Source: an uncultured Candidatus Saccharibacteria bacterium (GTDB lineage: Bacteria > Patescibacteriota > Saccharimonadia > Saccharimonadales > 2-12-FULL-41-12). From it: DNA of 64,000 bases. Below the pieces are notes generated by a model that saw nothing but the letters and a program-made list of their open reading frames with translations, was not told where the DNA came from and did not search any database. Below are positions 24,139-33,872 of the stretch, piece by piece. Location: contig CAZYMH010000002.1 of the NCBI GenBank assembly GCA_964648105.1, positions 118,101-182,100 on the forward strand. Reading direction: 5' to 3'. The stretch's first letter is position 1. Each line of letters opens with the position of its first letter. A program made the translations under genes and the position numbers.

Positions 24139-24193
24139 GCATACTAGAGCAGGTTAGGTCATTGTTCCTTGCTTATCATAGGTCAAATGCCCT

Positions 24194-24415
24194 ATGAGCT
24201 ACCCACCCACCATACCTACCTATATAGTCTATACTCCTATCACAATAATATGGGAGCAGATTATGCGTACAATTACGGGCAAAGATTTAGAAGAATGGAA
24301 AGTGGCTTTTGCCAAGTCTGGTATTACATATGACACTGACGAAGAATACCAAGAGGCCATTTATAACTTAGTGGGCTACATTGACACACTTATACGAATG
24401 GATCAGCAGCAATAG
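24194..24415 (+). CDS. Small hypothetical protein (likely starts at the ATG at 24263)
   Basis: ORF track. The internal start MRTITGKDLEEW... is preceded by GGGAG. Confidence 0.3.
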   Translation: MSYPPTIPTYIVYTPITIIWEQIMRTITGKDLEEWKVAFAKSGITYDTDEEYQEAIYNLVGYIDTLIRMDQQQ

Positions 24416-24463
24416 GCGGTGGAAAAAGCGAAAATTAGCTAACCACCGTGCTTACCTATATAG

Positions 24464-24751
24464 TTACAAGCTTTGTTCTTGTAGGCTTATTTTTCCTAAT
24501 GCCCTGTTTCTTTCAGCAGAAAATCGCTCTGCTGCTTCACGAGTCCATACTAGATTCTCATCATCGACTATACCGTGCGGGACTGGCAAGCCACCGGCAT
24601 CTTTTAGCTGACTTACTCGTTGCTTAGAGACGCCGAGTATCTTCGCCAAGCCGCTTTGACTGACAAGTTCCACCGATTCAGTTGCTGGTTCTTGTGACAA
24701 ACGCAATTCGGACATTAAAAATATTCTCTGATTTAGTAACGTATTTTGCAA
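24464..24751 (-). CDS. Small HTH DNA-binding protein (excisionase/regulator-like)
   Basis: GLAKILGVSKQRVSQLKDAGGLPVP is a helix-turn-helix pattern. Confidence 0.5.
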   Translation of the reverse strand: MQNTLLNQRIFLMSELRLSQEPATESVELVSQSGLAKILGVSKQRVSQLKDAGGLPVPHGIVDDENLVWTREAAERFSAERNRALGKISLQEQSL

Positions 24752-24830
24752 GGATAAGCAAAAACAAATACATATTGCCGTTCATTAAATACCGCTTAGG
24801 TGGCTTATATAAGTCCCATTTGAACAACTC

Positions 24831-25550
24831 TTACTTAGGTTGAGTCTGCTCTAACTTAAATACTTCGTGATGCTTCAAGCCAGACTGCTTTTCTATTATT
24901 AAGGGAACTATTTGACTGTTGCTAAACTCTGCATTCGCAGCTGTAATTGAGTCTCTTGTAAACCACTGATACTCAAATTTATCATTATTTTTTGGCATGT
25001 ATTGTTCTGGCAACGAAAGCTTAAAGATATGTGAAATCGTATGATGTACAAATCCATCATCGTATGTAATTATAGCCTCGGCTATGGTTACAAGATTGGG
25101 CTTAGGAGTTTCTTCAGTAAATAAATCTTCTATGACTTTTCCTATATTCTCTAAGGCCGACCTTCCAGCATGATGTAAACCACCAGGCAGCATGTATTCG
25201 TTGAGGTGACTTTTCATACTTCCCGTTCGTTTTGCGACTAAAATTGAGTCGCCTGATAAAATAATGCATTGTACAAGTGGTCTTGGGAGTATTTCTTTCC
25301 CAAGTAAATTTGAACCTGTGTAATTTACCCAACGAGCACCCTTAGTTGTAAGCTGAAATCCATCTTGATGCTTTTCTATCAAACCCCTGTCAATAAGCTT
25401 ATTAGCGTGGTACATGAATAGACTATTTTCAACTCCGTCTTCTTTGAGTTCGCTAAAGCGTATAGGACTTTCGTTAGTGGCTAACTGTTGAATAATCTGT
25501 GCCTGTAAGAAGTGGTCAACGTACTGTTTGGTTAAAAAATCACTTGTCAT
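24831..25550 (-). CDS. Winged-helix domain fused to a degenerate Nudix-fold domain
   Basis: N-terminus IRFSELKEDGVENSLFMYHANKLIDRGLIEK..GFQLTTKGARW is MarR-like wHTH. The C-terminus LVQCIILSGDSILVAKR...LPGGLHHAGRSALENIGKVIEDLF is Nudix-like but lacks the catalytic REx2EE. Confidence 0.45.
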   Translation of the reverse strand: MTSDFLTKQYVDHFLQAQIIQQLATNESPIRFSELKEDGVENSLFMYHANKLIDRGLIEKHQDGFQLTTKGARWVNYTGSNLLGKEILPRPLVQCIILSGDSILVAKRTGSMKSHLNEYMLPGGLHHAGRSALENIGKVIEDLFTEETPKPNLVTIAEAIITYDDGFVHHTISHIFKLSLPEQYMPKNNDKFEYQWFTRDSITAANAEFSNSQIVPLIIEKQSGLKHHEVFKLEQTQPK

Positions 25551-25649
25551 TACATAGCATCATAGCAAAATTTGGTAAAAATGTTTTGACTGCTTTTGTA
25601 CGCCTCCTTAAGTACACTAGCTTCGTAACCTAAGGAAAGGAGTTACTAG

Positions 25650-25982
25650 ATGGAGAAACCAAACCTTAGCAGTGAGCAAGAAGCCCAAACAGTAGAAATA
25701 GTACAGAGACTTGATGGTCAGGATTTTGCGCTTACTCAAAGAATAGAGATACGGCGTAGGGAAGCTCCTCGCAAGATAGGACATGTTGCGATGTCACCAC
25801 GTACTGTAGCACCAGACTCTAGAGATGACTACCTGCCATCGGATGACTTTGACATGCTCCACTATACCGCAGGAGATAGCGATAGAGCATCTAGAACAAC
25901 TAGTAAGCCACGGAATCCTGTTGGCATGAGCGATAACTTCAGCCATGACTTTGATGCACCTTGGTATCAGGGGCGAATATAA
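25650..25982 (+). CDS. Hypothetical protein
   Basis: 110-aa ORF with a GGAAAGGAG RBS-like sequence upstream. No motif recognised. Confidence 0.4.
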   Translation: MEKPNLSSEQEAQTVEIVQRLDGQDFALTQRIEIRRREAPRKIGHVAMSPRTVAPDSRDDYLPSDDFDMLHYTAGDSDRASRTTSKPRNPVGMSDNFSHDFDAPWYQGRI

Positions 25983-26059
25983 GATGTTCAAAATACCCTC
26001 AAATGTATATGAGACCATAAACGTGATACAATACACGAGGATCAATAGGAAAAACAAAA

Positions 26060-27523
26060 ATGAGTGAAAAACCCCTAAATCCAGATGTTAACCTGCAATC
26101 TGATAAGATGGAGGTCTTTGAACGTGGTCGTGAGATTGTCCTTGCTGCACCTCAGTTATATGTAGATGTTGATGTGGAAGCAGACGGCATAGCTGGTCAC
26201 GGCTCCATGCTCTCAATAGGTGCTCAAAGTCCAACAGGCGAATCTTTTTACAGTGAAATACGGCCTATAACCGATGACTTCAAGCCTGGTAATCGAGAAT
26301 TCTGTGAACAACATGGATTACAGAGAGAAAGGTTACTACAAGAAGCTCCTGACGCAACTGAGGTAATGACCAAGTTCCACGCATGGGTAGCTGAGGTTTC
26401 CGAAAAGACTGGCAAACCACCAGTATTTACTGCTTTTAACGCTGCATTTGATTGGGCATTTGTTGACTTATACTTTATCAAGGCTGGCTATGAGAAGAAC
26501 CCTTTCGGAATCGCACCGTTTGACCTTAAATCCCTTGCTCTGCCTCTAACTGGTGAGTGGGACTGGACTCAAACGTCAAAGAATAAACTGCCCCAAATTA
26601 TTATCCCCGAAGGAGACTTTACGCATCATGCACTCGAAGATGCACAATACCAACAAAAGCTTCATTTCGGAATGGCTTCATTATTAGGAGCAAGGAATTA
26701 CCAAGAGAATATTTCTGGAGGTTCCCCTGATACAAATGAAGCTGTTGGCAAACGTGCACAAGAAGTCAACGAAACCTCTATCGAAGAAGAATCTACGAGA
26801 GAAACCGTAGCTAAAATTATTGAGCTTCTACAACGTAACTTTGATGATAGCTATGATGGTGAGACTGTTGGCGGGATACAAGCAAGAGGCGGGCAGTCTC
26901 CACGTATGCAAGCGTTGGAGCAAGAAAGAGACGGTTTAGTACATGAACTATTATCAAACGGAGATATTAACCTACTAGCCTCGGCTTTAGTTGAACAGGG
27001 CTATGGATCAGCCGTATTTAAGTATGGTGAAGATTTAGACATAGATTGGAACGGATTTGGACAAAAATTGTTAGATAATAATAAACCCGAAGAAGTTGCT
27101 AGGCACCTCGACAAGTTTCCGAATGTTGATAGGAATATGCTGGCTAATGCACTAGTGCAAAGAGGAGCTCCCCACTTAATTGTAAGTAATCTTGATGAGT
27201 TTCCAGATATAGACCAGAAAGTACTTACCGCAGGATTGTTAAAATCAGGGAGTGGGTTCACAGATAGTCTTAATGCCGTACTCGCTCGTGATATAGACCG
27301 AGAAGTGCTTGGACAAGACCTCATAAATGCGGGCTACGGAATAAATGTGGTTATGGACAGGCTTGACCAGTTTCCCGAATCTGTCCGAGTAGCTCTTGCT
27401 AAAAATCTAGCACGATACAAATTTGGACAAGATGTGCTTGCACACAACTCAGATAAATTTGTAGGTATAGATATTCAAGAACTTATACATACCGAGCCAA
27501 CAGAGAATACAACCAGCGTATAA
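26060..27523 (+). CDS. DEDD-type 3'-5' exonuclease domain with C-terminal helical-repeat region
   Basis: YVDVDVEADG (Exo I), FNAAFDWAFV (Exo II) and HHALEDAQ (Exo III). The C-terminal half has repeated L..AL...G......NLD.FP.ID units. Confidence 0.6.
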   Translation: MSEKPLNPDVNLQSDKMEVFERGREIVLAAPQLYVDVDVEADGIAGHGSMLSIGAQSPTGESFYSEIRPITDDFKPGNREFCEQHGLQRERLLQEAPDATEVMTKFHAWVAEVSEKTGKPPVFTAFNAAFDWAFVDLYFIKAGYEKNPFGIAPFDLKSLALPLTGEWDWTQTSKNKLPQIIIPEGDFTHHALEDAQYQQKLHFGMASLLGARNYQENISGGSPDTNEAVGKRAQEVNETSIEEESTRETVAKIIELLQRNFDDSYDGETVGGIQARGGQSPRMQALEQERDGLVHELLSNGDINLLASALVEQGYGSAVFKYGEDLDIDWNGFGQKLLDNNKPEEVARHLDKFPNVDRNMLANALVQRGAPHLIVSNLDEFPDIDQKVLTAGLLKSGSGFTDSLNAVLARDIDREVLGQDLINAGYGINVVMDRLDQFPESVRVALAKNLARYKFGQDVLAHNSDKFVGIDIQELIHTEPTENTTSV

Positions 27524-27744
27524 CCCTTTCCTCATCTTTTGCCCTAAAACCCTTCCTACGACCCCTGGAGAGTTCACAGAGGGCGTATAAAACCGTTCAT
27601 CTTTTATTGCTAAAAATTAGTGCGTAATGCTACACAAAATTTTTGGCCAGATTTCCGAACCCTAACGCCATTTTTCATTATTCACCAGCTAACAATTACG
27701 GAACACCACTTTTATTAAAATCATGTGCGAATCAACTAGTTAAT

Positions 27745-27975
27745 TTAGGAGAGTGTACCAAAATTAAATGACACTTTGTCACGGCACTCTATCGCATAAT
27801 TCATTTTGGTTGCAAAGACTACATTATTGTTCATGTGTCGGTAGTAAGTTGTTCTGCCAACCTTAGCCCATTTACAAGCGTCAGTTACGCTGTAGTTGTT
27901 CTTCAATGCGTCAGCTAACTTAACCATAGTCCTGATGTTCATTTTTGTGGGTCTTCCCACAGGATTGTTAAACAT
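27745..27975 (-). CDS. Small HTH protein (terminase-small/transposase-HTH-like)
   Basis: GRPTKMNIRTMVKLADALKNNYSVTDACKWAKVGRTTYYRH is an HTH pattern. Confidence 0.45.
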   Translation of the reverse strand: MFNNPVGRPTKMNIRTMVKLADALKNNYSVTDACKWAKVGRTTYYRHMNNNVVFATKMNYAIECRDKVSFNFGTLS

Positions 27976-28110
27976 AATAAAACTCCTTTTGTTTTTTTGT
28001 CTTAACTCTCTATATCTATTATCTCAAATCGGGCTTTTTAGGAGCTTCATGCAAACAAATTCTCAACTGCTATGGTTTGTACTAAGACAATGCTCCATAA
28101 TAATTAACGT

Positions 28111-29199
28111 ATGGACACAATACCTTACTGGGACGATGAAACACTGCTTATTTACGGGATACTTGTTGGCTTCATCTCACTCAATCCTCAAGAGGCCATT
28201 AAGTCACTTAATTTGGTCGTGAATCAGGAAAGCAATGTCTTAACCAGTATCCATGTGTTAGCAGCACTAGAGGGTAAACAGAAGATTAAAACAGGTGAGG
28301 TCTGGCTTAACTTCAGAAAATATCTTCATCAGCTTGGTGATGCAAATGATCCAGAAGCGAATAAGCTGGACGAAGTAATTGCTAAAGTTCGTAAGATTGC
28401 CGATTGGGAAGCTGATGACAGAGAGGTGCTTAGGTCAAGCTTTAGTGAACTGCTTCAACAACAAGATATTCTGACGGAATCACTTCACGGTTGCCTCGAA
28501 TTTAATATCAAGGTGCTTGACAAGTCGTGGATACGGCAGCTCGTTCGAGATTATTTAGAGCACTACCGCAATGACAAACTATTTACACCCACCGCACCTA
28601 CCTATATACCTTACGGCGAGCAATACGTAGCTATCACAAACCTACTCGAAGATTCAAAATATCCTGCAAAAATCACACGATTCCATGTACCAGACAATGT
28701 GAGGTTCTTTGAATCGCTTTATGACTTGGTAGATAAAGAAAAGATTGTTCTAACAGAAATGAGCAACCCGAATAACTCGGTCAATGACCCTAGATTCGGC
28801 CTAATTGTAGGTTCAGATAAAAAGAACCCCTTACGCTCAGTAGACAGAAGCTATGTAAGTGTGGAAGCTAAGAACTATGACCCAGCCTCTGGTATTTTGA
28901 CAGTCGTTGGCCAACAGATACATATTATTGGCCAAGTAAACAGATTAGGCAAAAGCAAAGCGAGTAAGCAATCTAAACTCATGCGTGAGTTGTTCTATGA
29001 GTATAAATTTCCCAAAGCAGCAGCCTTACGACACATCTACCCCTATAAAGGCGAGCGTTATCCACAGGATATTATTAAAAAAGCACGTGAATTAACTGCT
29101 GAAATTAACAGAAAAGTTGCTAAAAAAATAGGAGTAGACGACTTAATAATTTCCGATGACTGGAAGTTCGAAATCAACCCTGATTATCTGAAAGATTGA
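28111..29199 (+). CDS. Hypothetical protein (362 aa)
   Basis: Long ORF with normal composition. No motif recognised. Confidence 0.45.
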   Translation: MDTIPYWDDETLLIYGILVGFISLNPQEAIKSLNLVVNQESNVLTSIHVLAALEGKQKIKTGEVWLNFRKYLHQLGDANDPEANKLDEVIAKVRKIADWEADDREVLRSSFSELLQQQDILTESLHGCLEFNIKVLDKSWIRQLVRDYLEHYRNDKLFTPTAPTYIPYGEQYVAITNLLEDSKYPAKITRFHVPDNVRFFESLYDLVDKEKIVLTEMSNPNNSVNDPRFGLIVGSDKKNPLRSVDRSYVSVEAKNYDPASGILTVVGQQIHIIGQVNRLGKSKASKQSKLMRELFYEYKFPKAAALRHIYPYKGERYPQDIIKKARELTAEINRKVAKKIGVDDLIISDDWKFEINPDYLKD

Positions 29200-29276
29200 C
29201 AGAAAACTTTTCTGCCAGACCATACGATAGGCTTAGCTCGTAACAATAAATTACGAGCATTTTTTATGTTCAGAAG

Positions 29277-29489
29277 GTGGTGAAAATCATGGCCGAGAAA
29301 GACAGCCAAACACATATATTAAATCTAACAAGCGAGGAGCTTAATGCAGTCAGCTTTGGCATCCAATGGGGTTATGCCATAGCAGCAAATTCTCCGACAG
29401 TGCGTGAATGGAAGCAAAAACGCAAAGTCATTGAAAGCGTACTCAAGAAGATAAAACTCCTGCAAAAGGAGGGTCGCAAAAATGGATAA
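29277..29489 (+). CDS. Small hypothetical protein
   Basis: ORF track. Overlaps the next ORF by 8 nt (operon-like). Confidence 0.35.
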   Translation: MVKIMAEKDSQTHILNLTSEELNAVSFGIQWGYAIAANSPTVREWKQKRKVIESVLKKIKLLQKEGRKNG

Positions 29490-29757
29490 ACCAATTGAAG
29501 CTCAAGGTATAACTACTTTTGACGTATACGACTTTGGACTAGCTGCCGTGCTGCTGCACTTGGGCTATGAACTAGTAGACATGCACACAAAAGATGATTG
29601 TAAGTGCCCTGTATTCCATTTCGAAGATACTCCAACCATAGAACAAGACGCAGAAACTTATATAAGCGGCAATCTGTCGGTAAACGCTAAACATTATTTC
29701 ATGGCATATGAGCACATCTTAGACACCTTGTACGGAGGTTCTCATGACGAGGATTAG
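29482..29757 (+). CDS. Small protein, possibly DUF5659-like
   Basis: FDVYDFGLAAVLLHLGYELVDM......FHFEDT pattern recalled from phage-associated DUF5659 proteins. Confidence 0.35.
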   Translation: MDKPIEAQGITTFDVYDFGLAAVLLHLGYELVDMHTKDDCKCPVFHFEDTPTIEQDAETYISGNLSVNAKHYFMAYEHILDTLYGGSHDED

Positions 29758-29914
29758 TGAAGACAGTATCACCAAACTCCAAGCGATTCTAAAGCAGCAT
29801 TTTAACTTGGACTACGACAACGAACAGGCACAAGCTGCTGGCCGTGCAATCCTGCGTCTAGTCGGTCTAAAACTGCAACAGCAACTAAGCGAGGAATACG
29901 AAAATGAATCCTGA
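29744..29914 (+). CDS. Small hypothetical protein (56 aa, below ORF-track cutoff)
   Basis: The ATG at 29744 overlaps the previous gene, and the stop overlaps the ATG at 29904 of the next. Translation is MTRISEDSITKLQAILKQHFNLDYDNEQAQAAGRAILRLVGLKLQQQLSEEYENES. Confidence 0.3.
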   Translation: MTRISEDSITKLQAILKQHFNLDYDNEQAQAAGRAILRLVGLKLQQQLSEEYENES

Positions 29915-31172
29915 AACCGAAACAACGAAAGACGAACTGCGTAAGGCACTAAACGGCATTGACCAGAAGCTCTACCCAGAAATGTCCAAGCAACAATTAC
30001 TAGATGTATTGGACATGACGATTAAAGAAGATGACGTATGTAAGCTCATTACGTTTTACTGTATGCTCTCGGCCTACACCCGTGATTCCCAAATAAACGT
30101 TAGCTTCAATGCGCCAAGTGCATCTGGCAAGACCTACATAACTACTGAAATTGCCAAGCTATTCCCAGATGAAGACAAGATTGAATCTAGTGGTGCCAGC
30201 CCTACGTCCTTCTACCATACTGAAGGCATTGAAGATGAGGAACGTAACGCTAAGATAGTGTCGTTTGAACGTAAGATATTATTGTTCTACGAACAGAGTA
30301 ATCCAGTCCTACAGACTAAACTACGCCCCATACTGTCACACGATAGCTGGGAGATTAACTATCGCATTACTAACAAAAACAAGTCTGGCAAAAACCATAC
30401 CGAGCTCATTATTCTGGAAGGCTTTCCTGCAACAGTATTTTGTTCAGCAGGACTACGCCTAGACGAGCAAGAAGCAACCAGAGCAATACTGCTAAGTCCC
30501 GAACCAAGCCAAGCAAAACTACGTGCAGCGATTGAGTTGCAGAACAAGCGTGGTAAAGACGAGAAGGCTTACTATGAGTGGCTAGAATCACAGCCAGAAC
30601 GTGTAGACCTAAAGGAGCGTATTCTGGCGATCCGTGAGGCGTATGTAGAGCACATTAAGTTACCCGACAATGATGCAATCAAAGAGCGTTTCTATGGCAG
30701 CTTTCCAAAACTCAAGCAACGTCATACCCGTGACTTCACACACCTACAGCAGCTTATTAAGGTCATTGCATTACTGAACCTATGGCATCGTAAGCAAACT
30801 GATGGTTCTATTGTGGCTAACCAGTCTGACATTGACCAAGGATTTGAGCTATGGGAGCAACTCGCTCAAAGCCAAAACTTAGGAATACCACCGACAGCCA
30901 TCCACTTTTACAAGACATATATTCTGCCTACTTTCTACGATTTAGTAGCAGCTCATCCGAACACAGACCCATACAGCATAGGCATAAGCCGTGAGCAACT
31001 TGCTCGTGAGTATTTGTACCTAGAAAAGACCATTTTGCCCGACACTTATTTGCGTAAGGAGGTTCTGCCACAGCTTGAGAATGGTGGCCTAGTAATTCAG
31101 AAAGCACCTGAGTTCGGTGATAAACGCACCCGCCTAATCTACCCCCAGTGGTTCCCAGAGCAAACTAAATAG
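29904..31172 (+). CDS. P-loop NTPase, putative replication/maintenance protein of element 2
   Basis: Walker A-like NAPSASGKTYITTE. A hydrophobic strand ending in an acidic residue (KILLFYEQS) is a possible Walker B. Confidence 0.45.
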   Translation: MNPETETTKDELRKALNGIDQKLYPEMSKQQLLDVLDMTIKEDDVCKLITFYCMLSAYTRDSQINVSFNAPSASGKTYITTEIAKLFPDEDKIESSGASPTSFYHTEGIEDEERNAKIVSFERKILLFYEQSNPVLQTKLRPILSHDSWEINYRITNKNKSGKNHTELIILEGFPATVFCSAGLRLDEQEATRAILLSPEPSQAKLRAAIELQNKRGKDEKAYYEWLESQPERVDLKERILAIREAYVEHIKLPDNDAIKERFYGSFPKLKQRHTRDFTHLQQLIKVIALLNLWHRKQTDGSIVANQSDIDQGFELWEQLAQSQNLGIPPTAIHFYKTYILPTFYDLVAAHPNTDPYSIGISREQLAREYLYLEKTILPDTYLRKEVLPQLENGGLVIQKAPEFGDKRTRLIYPQWFPEQTK

Positions 31173-31370
31173 GTTCACCCTGTTGGTGCACCATTTACAG
31201 GCTCTTTTTAACAAACTATAATAGTAATGTTTCCGCCCAACAGTATTTACGCTAGTCGTATTTTTGTTTCTGCTCGTCAAGGGCAGCATGGTGCAGAAAG
31301 AAGCGATTAGCGACTGGAAGCGGAAACAGCCATGCTGTCCTTTTTGATGACAGCGAGAAGGAATAAAACA

Positions 31371-33029
31371 ATGAGTGAATATCTAAACGATAAAACTAAT
31401 AAACTACGCTACATACTGTACGTGCGTAAGTCTACTGAGGACGAAGAAAAGCAAGTATTGTCTAAAGACGCACAAAAAGATAAGTGTGAAGAACAATTCA
31501 AAAATCTGAACATTGTAAAAGTCTTAGATGAAAGTAAGAGTGCATTTGAGCCAGATAAGCGTGATGTCTTTAAGCAAGTTCTAGAGATGTTAGATAACAA
31601 CGAGGCTGACGCTATTATGGCGTGGCACCCTGACCGCCTCTCAAGGAATGAAGTAGACGCTTCATCTATTACATGGCGTATTCGTAAAGGTACGATTAAA
31701 GACCTCAAGTTCGCCAGCTTTAGCTTTGATAACTCACCCGAAGGCGTGATGATGTTACAAATGACTATGAGCCAATCACAATACTTCTCAGCCAAACTAA
31801 GTAAAGACGTGAAGCGTGGCAACGCACAAAAGCGTAAAACTGGTGGTATAACTGGTATCGCCCCAGAAGGTTACTTAAATGACCGTGTAAACAAAACTGT
31901 CTATAAAGACCCAGAACGCTTTCCCTTACTGCGTCAAGCGGTAGATTTAATGCTGACTGGCGAGTACAGCGTCCAGCAAATCTTAAACATCATGAATAAT
32001 GAGTGGGGCTATCGCACCGTTAAACGTAAAAAGGTCGGCGGTAAGCCGATTGGTCGTTCATCACTCTACTATATGTTCCGTAACGTCCGTTACGCAGGTT
32101 GGGTGCCTGATCCTTATGATGAAGACAAATTGTATCCAGCAGATTTCCCAGCTTTAATGACCCAAGAAGAATACGATAAAATCCAACTCCTACTAGGTCG
32201 TCATGGCAATAAGCGTTTCGCAACTCGTAAACAGTTCGTTTTACGTGGCTTTATACGCTGTGGCGAGTGTGGTTGTATGATTACCGCCCAAAGCAAGGAA
32301 CGTACTAACAAACAGGGTGTGACTCACGTAAACACTTACTATCACTGTACAGGTAAACGCCCATGTAACCAGAAACAATACGGGTATAAAAAAGAAGCTG
32401 AGCTGTTTCAAGAGTGCGTAGATGAGCTGAATAATTGGGAGCTAATCCCAGAACTATATGAGTGGAGCATGGACGCTATTAGTCAAATGGCTCAAGCTGA
32501 CATTCCAGAGCGTAAGAATGTAGAAACTATGCAGGAACAAGCTATCAAGGGCTTAAAAGACCAATTAGACACTCTGTTAGACATGTCTACTCGTAAACTC
32601 GTAGACGAAGATACCTTTATTGAAAAATCCGCCGAGCTCAAGGCTGAATTAAAAGAGCTGCATAAGCAACAGGCTACCAGTAATGAAAACACTGAAAGCT
32701 GGTACGACTATATGACAGACTTAATAAGTAAGTTCATGAATGCTAACGCTAAGTTCGTAAACGGCGATATTGCTGATAAGAAGGAAATCCTGCTGGCATT
32801 AGGTCAGAACCCAGTGCTATTAGACGGGAAACTCCAAATAACACCTTATGAGTGGTTGCTACCCTTGCGTGATAATACAAAACATTTTGTAGCTCAATTA
32901 AATGAGGTTAGAACAATGTCTCAACAGATGAAAAAGAGCCTTCTTGAGGCTCTCCGTCTAGAATGGTACACGCGGCAGGAGTCGAACCTACGACCTTCAG
33001 TACCGCAAACTGACGCTCTATCCAGCTGA
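31371..33029 (+). CDS. Large serine recombinase (integrase of element 2); last ~20 codons lie in tRNA-Arg antisense sequence
   Basis: RYILYVRKSTEDEEKQ...DAIMAWHPDRLSRN resolvase-type N-terminus, a recombinase domain, a zinc ribbon (CGECGCMITA...YYHCTGKRPC) and a coiled coil. AGAAGGA RBS before the ATG at 31371. Confidence 0.88.
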   Translation: MSEYLNDKTNKLRYILYVRKSTEDEEKQVLSKDAQKDKCEEQFKNLNIVKVLDESKSAFEPDKRDVFKQVLEMLDNNEADAIMAWHPDRLSRNEVDASSITWRIRKGTIKDLKFASFSFDNSPEGVMMLQMTMSQSQYFSAKLSKDVKRGNAQKRKTGGITGIAPEGYLNDRVNKTVYKDPERFPLLRQAVDLMLTGEYSVQQILNIMNNEWGYRTVKRKKVGGKPIGRSSLYYMFRNVRYAGWVPDPYDEDKLYPADFPALMTQEEYDKIQLLLGRHGNKRFATRKQFVLRGFIRCGECGCMITAQSKERTNKQGVTHVNTYYHCTGKRPCNQKQYGYKKEAELFQECVDELNNWELIPELYEWSMDAISQMAQADIPERKNVETMQEQAIKGLKDQLDTLLDMSTRKLVDEDTFIEKSAELKAELKELHKQQATSNENTESWYDYMTDLISKFMNANAKFVNGDIADKKEILLALGQNPVLLDGKLQITPYEWLLPLRDNTKHFVAQLNEVRTMSQQMKKSLLEALRLEWYTRQESNLRPSVPQTDALSS

Positions 33030-33040
33030 GCTACGCGTGC
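32964..33040 (-). tRNA. tRNA-Arg (anticodon read as GCG), CCA encoded
   Basis: The reverse complement GCACGCGTAGCTCAGCTGGATAGAGCG-TCAGT-TTGCGGT-ACTGA-AGGTC-GTAGGTTCGACTCCTGC-CGCGTGT-ACCA forms a 77-nt cloverleaf. Confidence 0.85.
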
Positions 33041-33097
33041 AAAACTACCTAAATTAACAGATGTGATTATAGCATTTTTTGATTGGAATTGCTAGCT

Positions 33098-33700
33098 CTA
33101 GAAGCGGATTAACTTGGTGAAGCGGTCGATTAAATCTTCTTTTCGCTGCTCGTTTGGCAAATAATCGGCTAAAATATCGAGGATTTGACGCTCATTTTCT
33201 GGTGGAAAATAGATTGACAGCTCATTGTGTAAGCGGTGGAGGGGAAGTAGGTTTACATAGCCAATTGCACCATGATGATGGTAAGAAAACGACTTATAGT
33301 CTGAGAAGAAGTAGCTTTTTTGGCCAATTCGAACACCTTGGTCATCTATATAGTACTGAAGTTGGCGAGGGCGACGAGTGGCCATAACTGCAAATAAAAT
33401 ACCCATAATTATCACAAAAACTATTGATATAATGTCTTTGCTGATCAGATAAATAACCGCCGAAATTATCAGAAGTACGACCCCTAAAGCCATAAACCAC
33501 AGGGGGCTTTTGTAGTTTTCCATAAATTCCGAACCGGACCAAGACACAGATTCTGCTTGCTCGGGAGTTGGCTGAGAAGAGTTATCTTGAACTGCAACAT
33601 TTTCTTGAGTAGGCGACGAGGCACTATCTGGTGTGTACGTCCAACTGGTATTAGGCTCTTGCTGCATATGCTTACATTGTACCATTTTCTCTTGAATCAA
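33098..33700 (-). CDS. Membrane protein with two central TM helices and PH-like C-terminal region
   Basis: 200 aa. WFMALGVVLLIISAVIYLI and IVFVIIMGILFAVMA helices sit between soluble segments. Confidence 0.4.
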   Translation of the reverse strand: MIQEKMVQCKHMQQEPNTSWTYTPDSASSPTQENVAVQDNSSQPTPEQAESVSWSGSEFMENYKSPLWFMALGVVLLIISAVIYLISKDIISIVFVIIMGILFAVMATRRPRQLQYYIDDQGVRIGQKSYFFSDYKSFSYHHHGAIGYVNLLPLHRLHNELSIYFPPENERQILDILADYLPNEQRKEDLIDRFTKLIRF

Positions 33701-33779
33701 AAGTCTGCTATAATTACCCCTGTAACAAATACTTTTTTGTTTATCTTATTAGACAACTTAATAGATAAGGTCTACATAC

Positions 33780-33872
33780 GGAGAGGTACCCAAGTGGCTG
33801 AAGGGGACGGTTTGCTAAATCGTTAGAGGGGCGAGAGTCCCTGCGAGGGTTCGAATCCCTCTCTCTCCGCCA
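33780..33872 (+). tRNA. tRNA-Ser (anticodon GCU), type II, CCA encoded
   Basis: GGAGAGGTACCCAAGTGGCTGAAGGGG-ACGGT-TTGCTAA-ATCGT-...GAGGGTTCGAATCCCTCTCTCTCCGCCA, 93 nt. Confidence 0.9.

Larger units (their letters stand above)
24139..32963. mobile_element. AT-rich integrative element with large serine recombinase abutting tRNA-Arg (left boundary tentative)
   Basis: The LSR gene reads into the tRNA-Arg 3' end. The element contains a cluster of small phage/plasmid-like genes (HTH proteins, a DUF5659-like protein, a P-loop protein). A TGGTACA repeat is found at both proposed ends. Confidence 0.5.

Noticed and set aside
31282-31339. 10-bp inverted repeat (GGCAGCATGG ... CCATGCTGTC) followed by a T-run upstream of the element 2 recombinase, as an attenuator or terminator
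   Set aside because: The 38-nt loop makes a stable terminator unlikely. It is a single occurrence with one mismatch, and there is no supporting context.
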